A stretch of 64,000 bases of DNA. It comes from an uncultured Mycoplasma sp. (GTDB lineage Bacteria; Bacillota_I; Bacilli_A; RF39; UBA660). A program made the translations under genes and the position numbers. Numbering within the stretch: the first letter of the stretch is position 1; each line of letters starts with the position of its first letter. This document shows, in pieces, positions 1 through 8,915 of the stretch. The notes beneath the pieces are model-generated. The model had not been told where the DNA came from, made no database searches, and saw only the letters and a list, made by a program, of their open reading frames with translations. Location of the stretch: NCBI GenBank assembly GCA_945947035.1, contig CAMEXD010000004.1, positions 2,362 to 66,361 of the forward strand, written 5' to 3'.

Positions 1-249
1 AAAATTATTGAAGTTATAATTGAAGAAGAAAGTTTTTCTAAAGAAAAATTCAATGAAAAAGTTGCAACAACATTGGCTTGTAAAATGAGTATTAAAGCAA
101 ATGAGTATGTTTCACTTGAAGAATTAAAGGTTTTAATTGAGAGATTAAGACAGACAAATAATCCTTTTACTTGTCCTCATGGTAGACCAACAATTATAAG
201 TTACTCTATTTATGAATTGGAAAAATTATTTAAAAGGGTTATGCAATAA
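1..249 (+). CDS. mutL: DNA mismatch repair protein MutL, C-terminal fragment (gene begins upstream of the window)
   Basis: Frame 1 from the window start ends in TAA at 247-249. The translation ...FTCPHGRPTIISYSIYELEKLFKRVMQ has the CPHGRP motif typical of the MutL C-terminal domain, and miaA follows as in the conserved mutL-miaA arrangement. Confidence 0.7.
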   Translation, partial: KIIEVIIEEESFSKEKFNEKVATTLACKMSIKANEYVSLEELKVLIERLRQTNNPFTCPHGRPTIISYSIYELEKLFKRVMQ

Positions 250-266
250 GAAAGGGCAGAGGGTTT

Positions 267-1304
267 ATGGATTTTGACAAATTAAATGATTTAAAAATAA
301 AATATTCAGATAAGGCAGAAGAACAAAATGAAATTATTAAAAATTTAGAAGAAGAATTAAAAAATAAAAGTTATTTGAGTGAGAAATCAAGACTTATTAG
401 AACAATGATTTTTACAGGTGTTTCTTTTCTTATTTTAACTTTAACATCAAAAGGAATAATAAGTAGTAATCCAGCATTAATGTCATTTTTATTACCAATT
501 TTATCTACTGGAGTTGGATATTTAACTAATAAATCTTATGAAAAAATATTTTTAAATCTTGGTGATGAAAATAATAAAACAACAATGAGACTACTTGAGG
601 AAAGTTTAGAAAAAAGTATTGAAGAAGAAATAATTTTAAGAAAACAAGATATTTATGTTTTATGTAATCATAATTTTTATGCTAAAGAAAAAATTGATGA
701 AAAACTAGTTAAAAGTGGTGTTAATGTTGATATAAAAGATAAAAGAAGTTTAGAAGAAATTAAAGAAAAAATAATAAGTTTAAAAGTAATAGAAGATGAA
801 TCTTTTGATTTACTAAAGATGTTATGTGCTAAAAAAATTATGCTTGTTTATTTTGATTCATATAAAGATAATAAGCTTAATAAATTAAAAGAATTTTTTA
901 AGACTAATATTGCACTTCTTACAACTATGGTTTTAACAATGATTCCTTTTGTTTTTATTAAAGTTCCTGTTGATATATTATCTTTATTAGTATCATCAAG
1001 TGCAATAAGTTTAGTATATAGTAATTTTTTAATAAAAGATAACAAGGATAATTTTGATGTTTATAATGAAATTAAAGAAAAATATAATTATAAAGAATTA
1101 GCTTCTTATGAAACAATAAGAGATATAAATTGTAAAATAGAACTTCTTGTGGCAGAGTTATCAAAAACAATTAATATGATTGAAGAAGAAAAAATAAATT
1201 TAGAAGAAAAGAAAAACGAATTACAAAATGATAATGTTTTAGAAGATTACAAAAGTGATAAATTATCTGAAGATAAAAAAATAATAAGAGTAAGAAAAAA
1301 GTAG
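267..1304 (+). CDS. hypothetical membrane protein with Glu/Lys-rich coiled-coil segments
   Basis: 345-aa ORF with a hydrophobic segment (FTGVSFLILTLTS...) and long charged helical stretches. No recognisable catalytic motif. Confidence 0.4.
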   Translation: MDFDKLNDLKIKYSDKAEEQNEIIKNLEEELKNKSYLSEKSRLIRTMIFTGVSFLILTLTSKGIISSNPALMSFLLPILSTGVGYLTNKSYEKIFLNLGDENNKTTMRLLEESLEKSIEEEIILRKQDIYVLCNHNFYAKEKIDEKLVKSGVNVDIKDKRSLEEIKEKIISLKVIEDESFDLLKMLCAKKIMLVYFDSYKDNKLNKLKEFFKTNIALLTTMVLTMIPFVFIKVPVDILSLLVSSSAISLVYSNFLIKDNKDNFDVYNEIKEKYNYKELASYETIRDINCKIELLVAELSKTINMIEEEKINLEEKKNELQNDNVLEDYKSDKLSEDKKIIRVRKK

Positions 1305-2027
1305 GTGGTAAATTTGATTTATGCCATAGTAGGACCAACTGGAGTTGGTAAAACAAAACTTTCAATAGAATTAGCTAAAAAACTAAATGCAGAAATAATA
1401 AATTGTGATTGTATGCAAATATATAAAGAATTAAATATTGGAACAGCAAAAATTACAGAAGAAGAGATGGAAAATATAAAACATCATATGCTAAGCATAA
1501 AAAGTATAAATGAAGAATATAATGTTTTTAATTATCAAATAGATGCAAGAAAAATACTTAATAGTTTATTAAAACAAGGAAAAAACGTTGTTATAGTTGG
1601 AGGAACAGGTCTTTATTTAAAAGCACTTTTATATGATTATAATTTTAATGATGATAATAAAAAAAATGAAAAATTATATAAATTTAAACTAATTGGTTTA
1701 ACAAAAGACAGGGAAAATTTATATGAAGCTATAAATAATAGAGTGGATATCATGATAAATAATGGTTTAATAGAAGAAGCAAGATATCTTTATGATAATT
1801 ATAAGACATCAAGGGTTTTAAATGCTGCGATTGGTTATAAAGAATTTTTTCCTTACTTTGAAGGAGAGATAGAATTTGAAGAAGCAATTGATGAGGTTAA
1901 AAAATCATCAAGACATTATGCTAAAAGACAATTTACTTTCTTTAATAATCAATTTTTAGATATAGAATGGTTTGATGTTTCAAAGATAAAAATTGATGAT
2001 ATTGTAAAAAAAATAACAGAAGAGTAA
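1305..2027 (+). CDS. miaA: tRNA dimethylallyltransferase (short form)
   Basis: GTG start directly after the upstream stop. P-loop IVGPTGVGKT and the DCMQIY motif typical of MiaA. The position downstream of mutL is conserved. Confidence 0.85.
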   Translation: MVNLIYAIVGPTGVGKTKLSIELAKKLNAEIINCDCMQIYKELNIGTAKITEEEMENIKHHMLSIKSINEEYNVFNYQIDARKILNSLLKQGKNVVIVGGTGLYLKALLYDYNFNDDNKKNEKLYKFKLIGLTKDRENLYEAINNRVDIMINNGLIEEARYLYDNYKTSRVLNAAIGYKEFFPYFEGEIEFEEAIDEVKKSSRHYAKRQFTFFNNQFLDIEWFDVSKIKIDDIVKKITEE

Positions 2028-2038
2028 TTTCTGTTATT

Positions 2039-2932
2039 TTATTTTGCTTCAGAATATATGGTTTTATCAAAATGATGATTATTATCATTTAAATTATATA
2101 AAGTATTAGTATTAATTAAAAACATTTCTTTTAAAAGCATATTGCTGCCATCTGATACAACAGGATCATCATAAGTTAAATCAAGATGCAGCCAATTATT
2201 ATTGATATAAACAAGATTCCAAATATGATTATCAGTAGATATCTTATAATTATCAAGACCAAACTTACTTAAGAATAAAGCCATAGCATCGGTATAAGAG
2301 CTACAAATACCATAACCTTTTAATAAAACATCATTTGCTTTACCTGATTCAGTATCACTACTTTTATAATAATAGCTATTATTTATAATATAATCATGAA
2401 TTTTTTCTATTTTAGAAGTATTAGTCATATCACTTGTAATTTCACTATCTATGATAGCTTTAACTTTATTATTTAATGAAATTATATCATCATCACTATA
2501 TTTCTTTGTAACATTAATTGTAACTTTATCACTTTCCATAGTAGCATTAATACTAGAAAAAGAATTATAAGGATGAACAAAATTATTTATAGAAGATAAA
2601 ACTTCATTATCATTTAATATATTTCTAAAATCATTAATACAATTATCATAATAACTATCACAATAAAAGGTAAAAGTAGGGGTACCACTATTAATTATGG
2701 TATATAAAATATTTTTTGTTTCATCTTTATTAGTAGTAATAAAACTATCAGTAAGTTTTACATAATTATAACTTTTATTTTTAGCATAAGAATTATTATC
2801 TATTGTAATATTTTCATTATATAGTTTTTCTTGTCTTATATATTTATATATATCTTTTCTATAAATAAAGGCAAGAATTAATAAAAAAAATAATAAAACC
2901 GAAATAATCTTAAGTAATATTTTCATATTCAA
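2039..2932 (-). CDS. membrane-anchored transglutaminase-like cysteine peptidase domain protein
   Basis: N-terminal TM helix. A Cys/His/Asp triad is arranged as GYGICSSYT ... NHIWNLVYI ... HLDLTYDD, as in the transglutaminase-like superfamily. Confidence 0.55.
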   Translation of the reverse strand: MNMKILLKIISVLLFFLLILAFIYRKDIYKYIRQEKLYNENITIDNNSYAKNKSYNYVKLTDSFITTNKDETKNILYTIINSGTPTFTFYCDSYYDNCINDFRNILNDNEVLSSINNFVHPYNSFSSINATMESDKVTINVTKKYSDDDIISLNNKVKAIIDSEITSDMTNTSKIEKIHDYIINNSYYYKSSDTESGKANDVLLKGYGICSSYTDAMALFLSKFGLDNYKISTDNHIWNLVYINNNWLHLDLTYDDPVVSDGSNMLLKEMFLINTNTLYNLNDNNHHFDKTIYSEAK

Positions 2933-2985
2933 TCACCAATTCAATTTTAAAATAAATAAAAAAATAAAGCAATAATTAAGATTTA

Positions 2986-3249
2986 CTACTTTATTTTGTT
3001 TACAGCTTTCATTAATTTTGATTTATCTCTTGCTGCTTTATTCTTTTTAATAATACCTGCTTTTAAAGCTTTATCTATCTTTTTTACAGCATCTTTCATA
3101 TTATTTTCTGCTTGTTTTACATCGTTATTTTTAATATCATTTCTAGTTTTTTTAATAGCTGTTCTCATACTAGATATATCTTCTCTATTAGATATTCTTT
3201 TTTTAGCATCAGTTTTTACTCTTTTTTTAGCACTTTTAATATTTGGCAC
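2986..3249 (-). CDS. rpsT: 30S ribosomal protein S20
   Basis: 87-aa basic protein starting MPNIKSAKKRVKTD... and rich in Lys/Arg. The rpsT-gpr-spoIIP neighbourhood matches Bacillus/Clostridium. Confidence 0.9.
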   Translation of the reverse strand: MPNIKSAKKRVKTDAKKRISNREDISSMRTAIKKTRNDIKNNDVKQAENNMKDAVKKIDKALKAGIIKKNKAARDKSKLMKAVNKIK

Positions 3250-3478
3250 TTGTTTTCACCTCACTTTTTTAATCAATATAATATTAACAAAAAATTATAA
3301 AAAATGCAAACAAAATCGTTAAAAATATATGCTTTTATGTTATTTTTTATTAATTGCTAAATATTTTTACTTAATTATGGACAATTATATTTAAAATGTG
3401 TTAGAATTATCTTATAGAAAATAATACATTTTTTGTGTTAAAAAGGAGTGAAAAAAAATATGCAAGCAAAAATTCGAC

Positions 3479-5413
3479 ATGGGGGGGCAAGTTAAAAAAC
3501 TATCATTAATAATAGGAATAGTAGGATTATTAATATTAGTAATAGGAATAACGTTTGCCCTATATAATATAGACTTAAAAGGATTAAGAGAACATTTTAT
3601 AACAACAAATAAATTAACATTTTCTTATAAAGAACCAATCGAAAGTCTAAATTTAATATCGTATAATAGTTTGACAGACGAAGAAGGAAAAAAACAAAAT
3701 ACTTATTATGAATTTACAGTAAAAGGAACAAGTGAAGCACCTGAAGTAATAGACTATGTAATTTATTTACAAAAAGAAGAAGCAGAAAGAACTTTTAATG
3801 AAAGCGATTTGAAAGTATATTTAACAAAAGTGGAAAATGATGTTGAAACAGAAGTAGTTTCTCCAACCTTACTAAGTAAATTTTTAGAATATAATAATAT
3901 AAGTGATACTAAAGCATTATATGGAAGTAGTATGAATCTAACAGGGAATTTAGATATAACAGATACATATAGATTAAGAATCTGGTTAAAAGAAGATTTT
4001 GATTTTAATAGTTTAAAAAGTTCAACAACAACAAATGGAGAACAAAATATAAAAATAGAACAATACGAATATAAATTTAAAGTAAATGTAGCAACAGGAT
4101 TTATGCCAGAGATAAAATGTGATTCAATGTTAGTAGATAATAGTGGCGCAAATGCACCAGAATTACCGACAAATGCTATAGCAGTATGTTATAATAGTGC
4201 AAATGATGTCTGGTTAAAAGCAGATACAACTAATACAAATAGCAATTATCAATGGTATTCATATAGTGGAAAAACATGGGCCAATGCCGTAACAGTAACA
4301 GAAGCAAATAGAGAAGAATATTTAAATGCAGAAGTAGGAACAGAAATCAGTATGGATGATATAAATACAATGTGGGTGTGGATACCAAGGTTTACAGCTA
4401 CTGGTGATACAGCAAATTATAATGGAGGAACAATAGATAATCCTGGAGCATTTGATATAACATTTGTAAGTAAAACAACAACAGCACATGATGCATTCAC
4501 TTTTGGCACAGATGAATTAAACGGCTTTTGGGTAGGTAAATTTGAAACAGGAATTATTTCATCTGTAACCCTAGAATGTGATAATACTCTTGGAACATGT
4601 GATATATCGAATTTTTTAATAAAACCTGATGTAGGATCCTTTAGTATTGATAGTATAGAAGGTAGTAATAACAGTTTTAGTTTAGCTAATACTTTCTATT
4701 TCGGAAGGAGTATAGGAAAAAGTGGCAATCCATATGGGTTTGATAATACAAAAGATATAACACTAGATACCCATACTATAAAAAACAATGAATGTAGCGC
4801 AGTAGCATATTTAACTCAAAGTATCTATGGCAGATGTACGTCAAGTACAAATTGCACAGAAGTATATTTCAATAATAGTACTGGTTATACAGGTCGAAGT
4901 GGAGGAAATGTCGGGGGTTCAACACCAATAAATGAAACATATCCAGATCAAACATCAACAGATCAATATAATGCCTATGGATTTTACACATATGATGGAT
5001 ATTTATTAGAATATAATACTAATAATAAAACAACAACAAAGGATATGAGTAAAGTAGCATCAACAACCGGAAATATCTATGGTGTATATGATATGAGTGG
5101 TGGACGTTTTGAAACGGTCATGGGAATTTATGATGACACTACTGAATATGGCTTCAATATTAATGATGTAACTAATATTGATGCCAAATACTATAATAGT
5201 TATGATAGTAGTACAAATTATACCAATGCTAACTTACAACATGCTTTAGTAGAGACCAAAGGATGGTATGGAGACGGCGGTACTATGCCAAATCCTTATT
5301 CGCCGTATATTGCAAGAGGTGGAAGTTATGCTGAATCAGCTTCAAGTTCTGGTATTTTTTATTTCTATAGTTCTAGTCGTAGATATAATCCTCGTATCGT
5401 TTTGGTTAAATAA
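3479..5413 (+). CDS. membrane-anchored secreted protein with a C-terminal FGE-sulfatase (SUMF1/DUF323-like) domain, apparently phase-variable (see G7 tract)
   Basis: N-terminal signal anchor LSLIIGIVGLLILVIGITFALY. The C-terminal part carries FWVGKFETG, YGVYDMSGGRFETVMG and ARGGSYAESA, matching the conserved blocks of formylglycine-generating-enzyme-like domains. The ATG at 3479 lacks an RBS, and a strongly RBS-served ATG at 3460 is out of frame because of a G7 tract. Confidence 0.6.
   Translation: MGGQVKKLSLIIGIVGLLILVIGITFALYNIDLKGLREHFITTNKLTFSYKEPIESLNLISYNSLTDEEGKKQNTYYEFTVKGTSEAPEVIDYVIYLQKEEAERTFNESDLKVYLTKVENDVETEVVSPTLLSKFLEYNNISDTKALYGSSMNLTGNLDITDTYRLRIWLKEDFDFNSLKSSTTTNGEQNIKIEQYEYKFKVNVATGFMPEIKCDSMLVDNSGANAPELPTNAIAVCYNSANDVWLKADTTNTNSNYQWYSYSGKTWANAVTVTEANREEYLNAEVGTEISMDDINTMWVWIPRFTATGDTANYNGGTIDNPGAFDITFVSKTTTAHDAFTFGTDELNGFWVGKFETGIISSVTLECDNTLGTCDISNFLIKPDVGSFSIDSIEGSNNSFSLANTFYFGRSIGKSGNPYGFDNTKDITLDTHTIKNNECSAVAYLTQSIYGRCTSSTNCTEVYFNNSTGYTGRSGGNVGGSTPINETYPDQTSTDQYNAYGFYTYDGYLLEYNTNNKTTTKDMSKVASTTGNIYGVYDMSGGRFETVMGIYDDTTEYGFNINDVTNIDAKYYNSYDSSTNYTNANLQHALVETKGWYGDGGTMPNPYSPYIARGGSYAESASSSGIFYFYSSSRRYNPRIVLVK
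3481..3487 (+). repeat. homopolymeric G7 tract in the translation-initiation region of the 3479..5413 gene (candidate slipped-strand phase-variation switch)
   Basis: GGGGGGG at 3481-3487 in a roughly 27% GC genome. RBS AAAGGAGTG (3442-3450) serves the ATG at 3460, which reads MQAKIRHGGAS-stop with G7. With G6 or G9 it reads straight into the 644-aa ORF. Confidence 0.6.
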
Positions 5414-5479
5414 AAAAATTAAGAATAAAAAATAATTAAAAAACAAAAAATTACCAATACTAATATTGGTGATTTTTTT

Positions 5480-6502
5480 ATGGATTCTGAAAAAGATTTA
5501 AGTATGTTTACAACAAGAACAGACTTAGTAGATGATTTATCATTAAATAAAAAAGAAATATATGAGGAAGTATATGAAGAAGGAAATGCTAAAGTAAGTA
5601 GGGTATTTATTAATGACAAACAAGCATCTTTAATTGATAAAAAAAGTGGTTATTATACAACTATTTCATTTAGTGATACAACTGATCATAATAATTATTC
5701 TAATGTTAAAAATGTATTTATTAAGGAACTAAATAATATGTTTTCAAAGGAAAATATTAAAGATAATGATACTTGTATGGTAATAGGTCTTGGAAATAGT
5801 AATTCTACTCCTGATTCTTTAGGCATTAAAACTAGTGAAAATGTTATTGTAACAAAACATATTTATGATTTGTTTGGTACTTTAGAAAGTGGTTATCGTA
5901 TTACTTCAATGTTTAATCCTGGTGTTATGGGAGAAACTGGTATTGAAACAAGTGATGTTATAACTAAAATAATTGATTTAGTTGATCCATCTTTTGTTAT
6001 TGTTATTGATGCTCTTGCTAGTTTATCAATTGATAGGGTATGTAAAACAATTCAAATAACTAATGCTGGAATAAATCCTGGATCTGGTATAGGAAATAAA
6101 AGAAAAGAAATAAGCTATGATTCTATAAAAAGACCAATTATTGCAATTGGCGTACCAATGGTTGTTGATGCCGCAACAATTGTATCTGATACTATTAATT
6201 ATATGGAACAACATTTTAGTTATAATATAAAAAATAAAGATTTAAAAATTAATAAGCTAATACCTAGTTCAAAGCAAAATTATTTGAAAGAAAAAAACTT
6301 ATCTCTATCAAGTGAAGAAAAAAGTTACTTTTTTGGTAAAATTGGTACTTTAGATGATTACGAAAAAAGAACACTTATTTTTGATGTTTTAACCCCAATT
6401 GGTTATAATCTTATGGTAACTCCAAAAGAAGTAGATTTTTTAGTAGATTCTCTTAGCAAACTATTAAGCGAAGGTATAAATAGTTGTCTTCATCATATAT
6501 AA
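5480..6502 (+). CDS. gpr: germination protease (spore endopeptidase GPR)
   Basis: Motifs RTDLVDDL, MVIGLGNSNSTPDSLG, IVIDALAS and ITNAGINPGSGIGNKR match the GPR family. The conserved rpsT-gpr-spoIIP synteny supports the call. Confidence 0.85.
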   Translation: MDSEKDLSMFTTRTDLVDDLSLNKKEIYEEVYEEGNAKVSRVFINDKQASLIDKKSGYYTTISFSDTTDHNNYSNVKNVFIKELNNMFSKENIKDNDTCMVIGLGNSNSTPDSLGIKTSENVIVTKHIYDLFGTLESGYRITSMFNPGVMGETGIETSDVITKIIDLVDPSFVIVIDALASLSIDRVCKTIQITNAGINPGSGIGNKRKEISYDSIKRPIIAIGVPMVVDAATIVSDTINYMEQHFSYNIKNKDLKINKLIPSSKQNYLKEKNLSLSSEEKSYFFGKIGTLDDYEKRTLIFDVLTPIGYNLMVTPKEVDFLVDSLSKLLSEGINSCLHHI

Positions 6503-6556
6503 CGACAAAATATAAAACCAATATATTATATAATTTTTCTATGAATGGAGGATTGT

Positions 6557-7405
6557 ATGAAAAAAATATTGGTTTTTATATTTGTTATTTTATCGTTTTA
6601 TTTATTTTTGAATTATCTAACAAAAGATACTAATTTAATTAAAAAAATATTATTTGATAAAGTAAGTCTTTTAAATAGTGAAAAAAATAATGAAACATTA
6701 AAAGAGATAAATAGAATTGTTATTTCTAAACAAAATGAAAGTTTATTTAATTTGCTTAGTATAGAAAGTAATAAAAAAACTACTTTAGTTAATTTAGAAC
6801 AAGATTCTCCACTTGTTTATATTTATAATACTCATGATAAAGAAGATTATGTTAATCCTGATTATTCCATATATAATATTAATTGCAATGTTAAAACGGC
6901 ATCTTATATTTTACAAGATAAATTAAAAGAATATAACATTAATTCTATTGTTGAAGAAAGAAGTCCTACTAATGAGGTAAGCAAAAACAAATTAGATTAT
7001 AAATACACTTATAGTTATTCAAGAACTTATTTAGAAGAAGCTATAAAAAATTATCCAAGTGTTAAAATATTTATTGATTTACATCGTGATGGTGTAAAAA
7101 AAGAAGTATCAACTGCGGTTATAAATGGAACAAGCTATGCTAAACTTATGTTTTTTTTAGGATTAGGTCATGAAAATAGCAAGGAAAACCAAAAACTTGT
7201 AAATGACTTGGAAAATATTATAAAAAAAGATTATAAAGAAATTCTAAGAAATACTTTTATAAGGGAAAATGATAGTTATAATCAAGATTTATCTCCTAAT
7301 TCATTTTTAATTGAAGTTGGTGGAAACTATAATACTATTGAAGAAGTATATAATTCTCTTGATGTTTTAGCATATGCTATAAAAACGTATTTGGAGGAAG
7401 CATGA
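6557..7405 (+). CDS. spoIIP: stage II sporulation protein P (SpoIIP)
   Basis: RBS GGAGGA then ATG 6557. N-terminal TM. The VYIYNTHDKEDY block resembles the SpoIIP IYHTH motif. It lies immediately downstream of gpr as in Bacillus. Confidence 0.75.
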   Translation: MKKILVFIFVILSFYLFLNYLTKDTNLIKKILFDKVSLLNSEKNNETLKEINRIVISKQNESLFNLLSIESNKKTTLVNLEQDSPLVYIYNTHDKEDYVNPDYSIYNINCNVKTASYILQDKLKEYNINSIVEERSPTNEVSKNKLDYKYTYSYSRTYLEEAIKNYPSVKIFIDLHRDGVKKEVSTAVINGTSYAKLMFFLGLGHENSKENQKLVNDLENIIKKDYKEILRNTFIRENDSYNQDLSPNSFLIEVGGNYNTIEEVYNSLDVLAYAIKTYLEEA

Positions 7406-7719
7406 GCGGAAAAATTTTAAAAGGAATATTCTTAATACTACTTTTTTCATTTATAGTTCTTTTAGTTTTAGAGGAAACAGGTTATTATCAAACTAGAACT
7501 AGTAAAGTAAAAACATTAACTGAAGAACAAATAAAAGTATTTGAAGAAGATATTAAAGCAGGTAAAGAAATAGATATAGAAGAATATGTTGTTACTAGAA
7601 CTAACTATGCTAATGAATTATCTAATAATATTTATAAAATATCTTTAAAACTAGAAAAAGGGGTTGATACAGTTATTAAGTTTATATTTAAAAAAATAAA
7701 TAATATGGTTGATGAGTAA
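7402..7719 (+). CDS. small membrane protein (YqxA-like position after spoIIP)
   Basis: 105 aa with an N-terminal TM helix, overlapping the spoIIP stop. The call is positional only. Confidence 0.35.
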   Translation: MSGKILKGIFLILLFSFIVLLVLEETGYYQTRTSKVKTLTEEQIKVFEEDIKAGKEIDIEEYVVTRTNYANELSNNIYKISLKLEKGVDTVIKFIFKKINNMVDE

Positions 7720-7840
7720 AATAAGAAAAATTGTCATAATTTGTCGAACGATTTTTCTGATAATTAAATAATTACTTTATTTATAATAGATAACTTAAGT
7801 TAAAGAAATTACTTAAGTTTTTTTTATTGAAGGAATTTTT

Positions 7841-8276
7841 ATGAACTATTATAATGAAATAAAAAAATTAATAAATAATGAAGTATATAAAAAAAGTTAA
7901 AGACTATAGTAAAAATAAAAGTGATTTAACTACTTATTATAATGCTGGAAAATTAATCGTTGAGGCCCAAGGTGGAGAAAAACGTGCAAAATATGGTGAT
8001 AATTTAATAAAAGAATATTCCAAAAAATTAACAATGGAGTTAGGAAAAAATTATAGCGAAAGAAATTTAAGAAATATGCGTCAATTTTATTTGATTTTAA
8101 GAAAACAGAATTGGCAGACAATGTCTGCCAAATTAACATGGAGTCATTATGTAGAACTAATATTGATTTCTGATAAAAATATAAGACAATTTTATATTTT
8201 TTGCAAAAAAGGTCCGACATTGTCGGACAATTTATATTGGAGTTGCTATGTAAAAATAATTTGTGTTGAAAGATAA
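7841..8276 (+). pseudogene. YhcG/DUF1016-family nuclease-related gene remnant, frameshifted in an A7 run and 3'-truncated
   Basis: ATG 7841 gives MNYYNEIKKLINNEVYKKS-stop (frame A). The DUF1016 N-terminal signature continues in another frame from 7878: GEKRAKYGDNLIKEYSKKLTMELGKNYSERNLRNMRQFY...LTWSHYVELI. The frame switch is at the A7 tract 7889-7895. The ORF ends at about 130 aa whereas family members are about 340 aa with a C-terminal PD-(D/E)XK domain. Confidence 0.55.
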
Positions 8277-8427
8277 CAATTTTGTTATGGAATATTGTAG
8301 TGATTCTAGGATATTTACTAAAGAATACGTTTTAACTTTATTTTACGTAAACTGAAATTTTTGTCAGATTATTTTTTATTAAAATAGGAAAAAACTATTT
8401 ACAAATAATTAAAAAACTAGTAAAATT

Positions 8428-8462
8428 GTGGTAGAAAGTGGATTAAAATGGTGGAAAGTGGT
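8428..8462 (+). promoter_or_regulatory. direct repeats GTGGT/GTGGA x4 upstream of and overlapping the mraZ RBS (candidate MraZ operator)
   Basis: GTGGT 8428, GTGGA 8438, GTGGA 8451, GTGGT 8458. MraZ proteins are known to bind direct repeats of GTGG-type boxes upstream of their own gene. Confidence 0.3.
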
Positions 8463-8469
8463 GATTAAT

Positions 8470-8907
8470 ATGTTGATGGGTGAATTTAATCATTCAATTG
8501 ATGACAAATTAAGACTCATTATTCCTTCAAAGTTTCGTGATGAACTTGGAGAAAAAGTAATCATTACTCGTGGTTTGGAAAACTGTTTATTTATCTATTC
8601 AGAAAAAGAATGGGAAAAGGTTGTTTCTAAACTAAAATCATTGCCATTCACTAAAAAAGACGCTAGAAGCTTTACAAGAATGTTTTTATCTGGCGCCACA
8701 ACAGAAGAATTTGACAAACAAGGAAGAATTAAAATAACTAAGCAATTAAAAGATTATGCATCTTTAATTAAAGATTGTGTTGTAATTGGAGTAAATGATA
8801 GATTAGAAGTATGGTCTAAAGAAAATTGGGATAATTACTTTAATGAAAGAGTAGATAATCTATCAGATGTTGCAGAAAAGTTATTTGAAAATGATTTAGA
8901 TTTCTAG
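8470..8907 (+). CDS. mraZ: transcriptional regulator MraZ
   Basis: Starting at ATG 8470 the protein reads MLMGEFNHSIDDKLRLIIPSKFRDELGEKVIITRGLENCLF..., matching MraZ N-termini (MFMGEY.H.ID.KGR). Two MraZ half-domains are present. The ORF-track start at 8428 is an upstream extension. Confidence 0.9.
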   Translation: MLMGEFNHSIDDKLRLIIPSKFRDELGEKVIITRGLENCLFIYSEKEWEKVVSKLKSLPFTKKDARSFTRMFLSGATTEEFDKQGRIKITKQLKDYASLIKDCVVIGVNDRLEVWSKENWDNYFNERVDNLSDVAEKLFENDLDF

Positions 8908-8915
8908 GTGATTAT

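Noticed and set aside
848-3322. Short antisense or overlapping ORFs (848..1045-, 1171..1365-, 2996..3322+, 3112..3300+)
   Set aside because: They lie inside or antisense to well-supported genes (the 267 ORF, miaA, rpsT). They have low-complexity hydrophobic translations typical of AT-rich shadow frames and no RBS.
5419-6214. ORFs 5419..5619- and 6026..6214-
   Set aside because: Antisense within or overlapping gpr. Compositionally biased translations with no start context.
8428-8469. mraZ starting at GTG 8428 (ORF-track start)
   Set aside because: MraZ family N-termini begin M-F/L-M-G-E-F/Y. ATG 8470 gives MLMGEF with an SD 8 nt upstream. The 8428-8469 stretch is the GTGGW repeat array.
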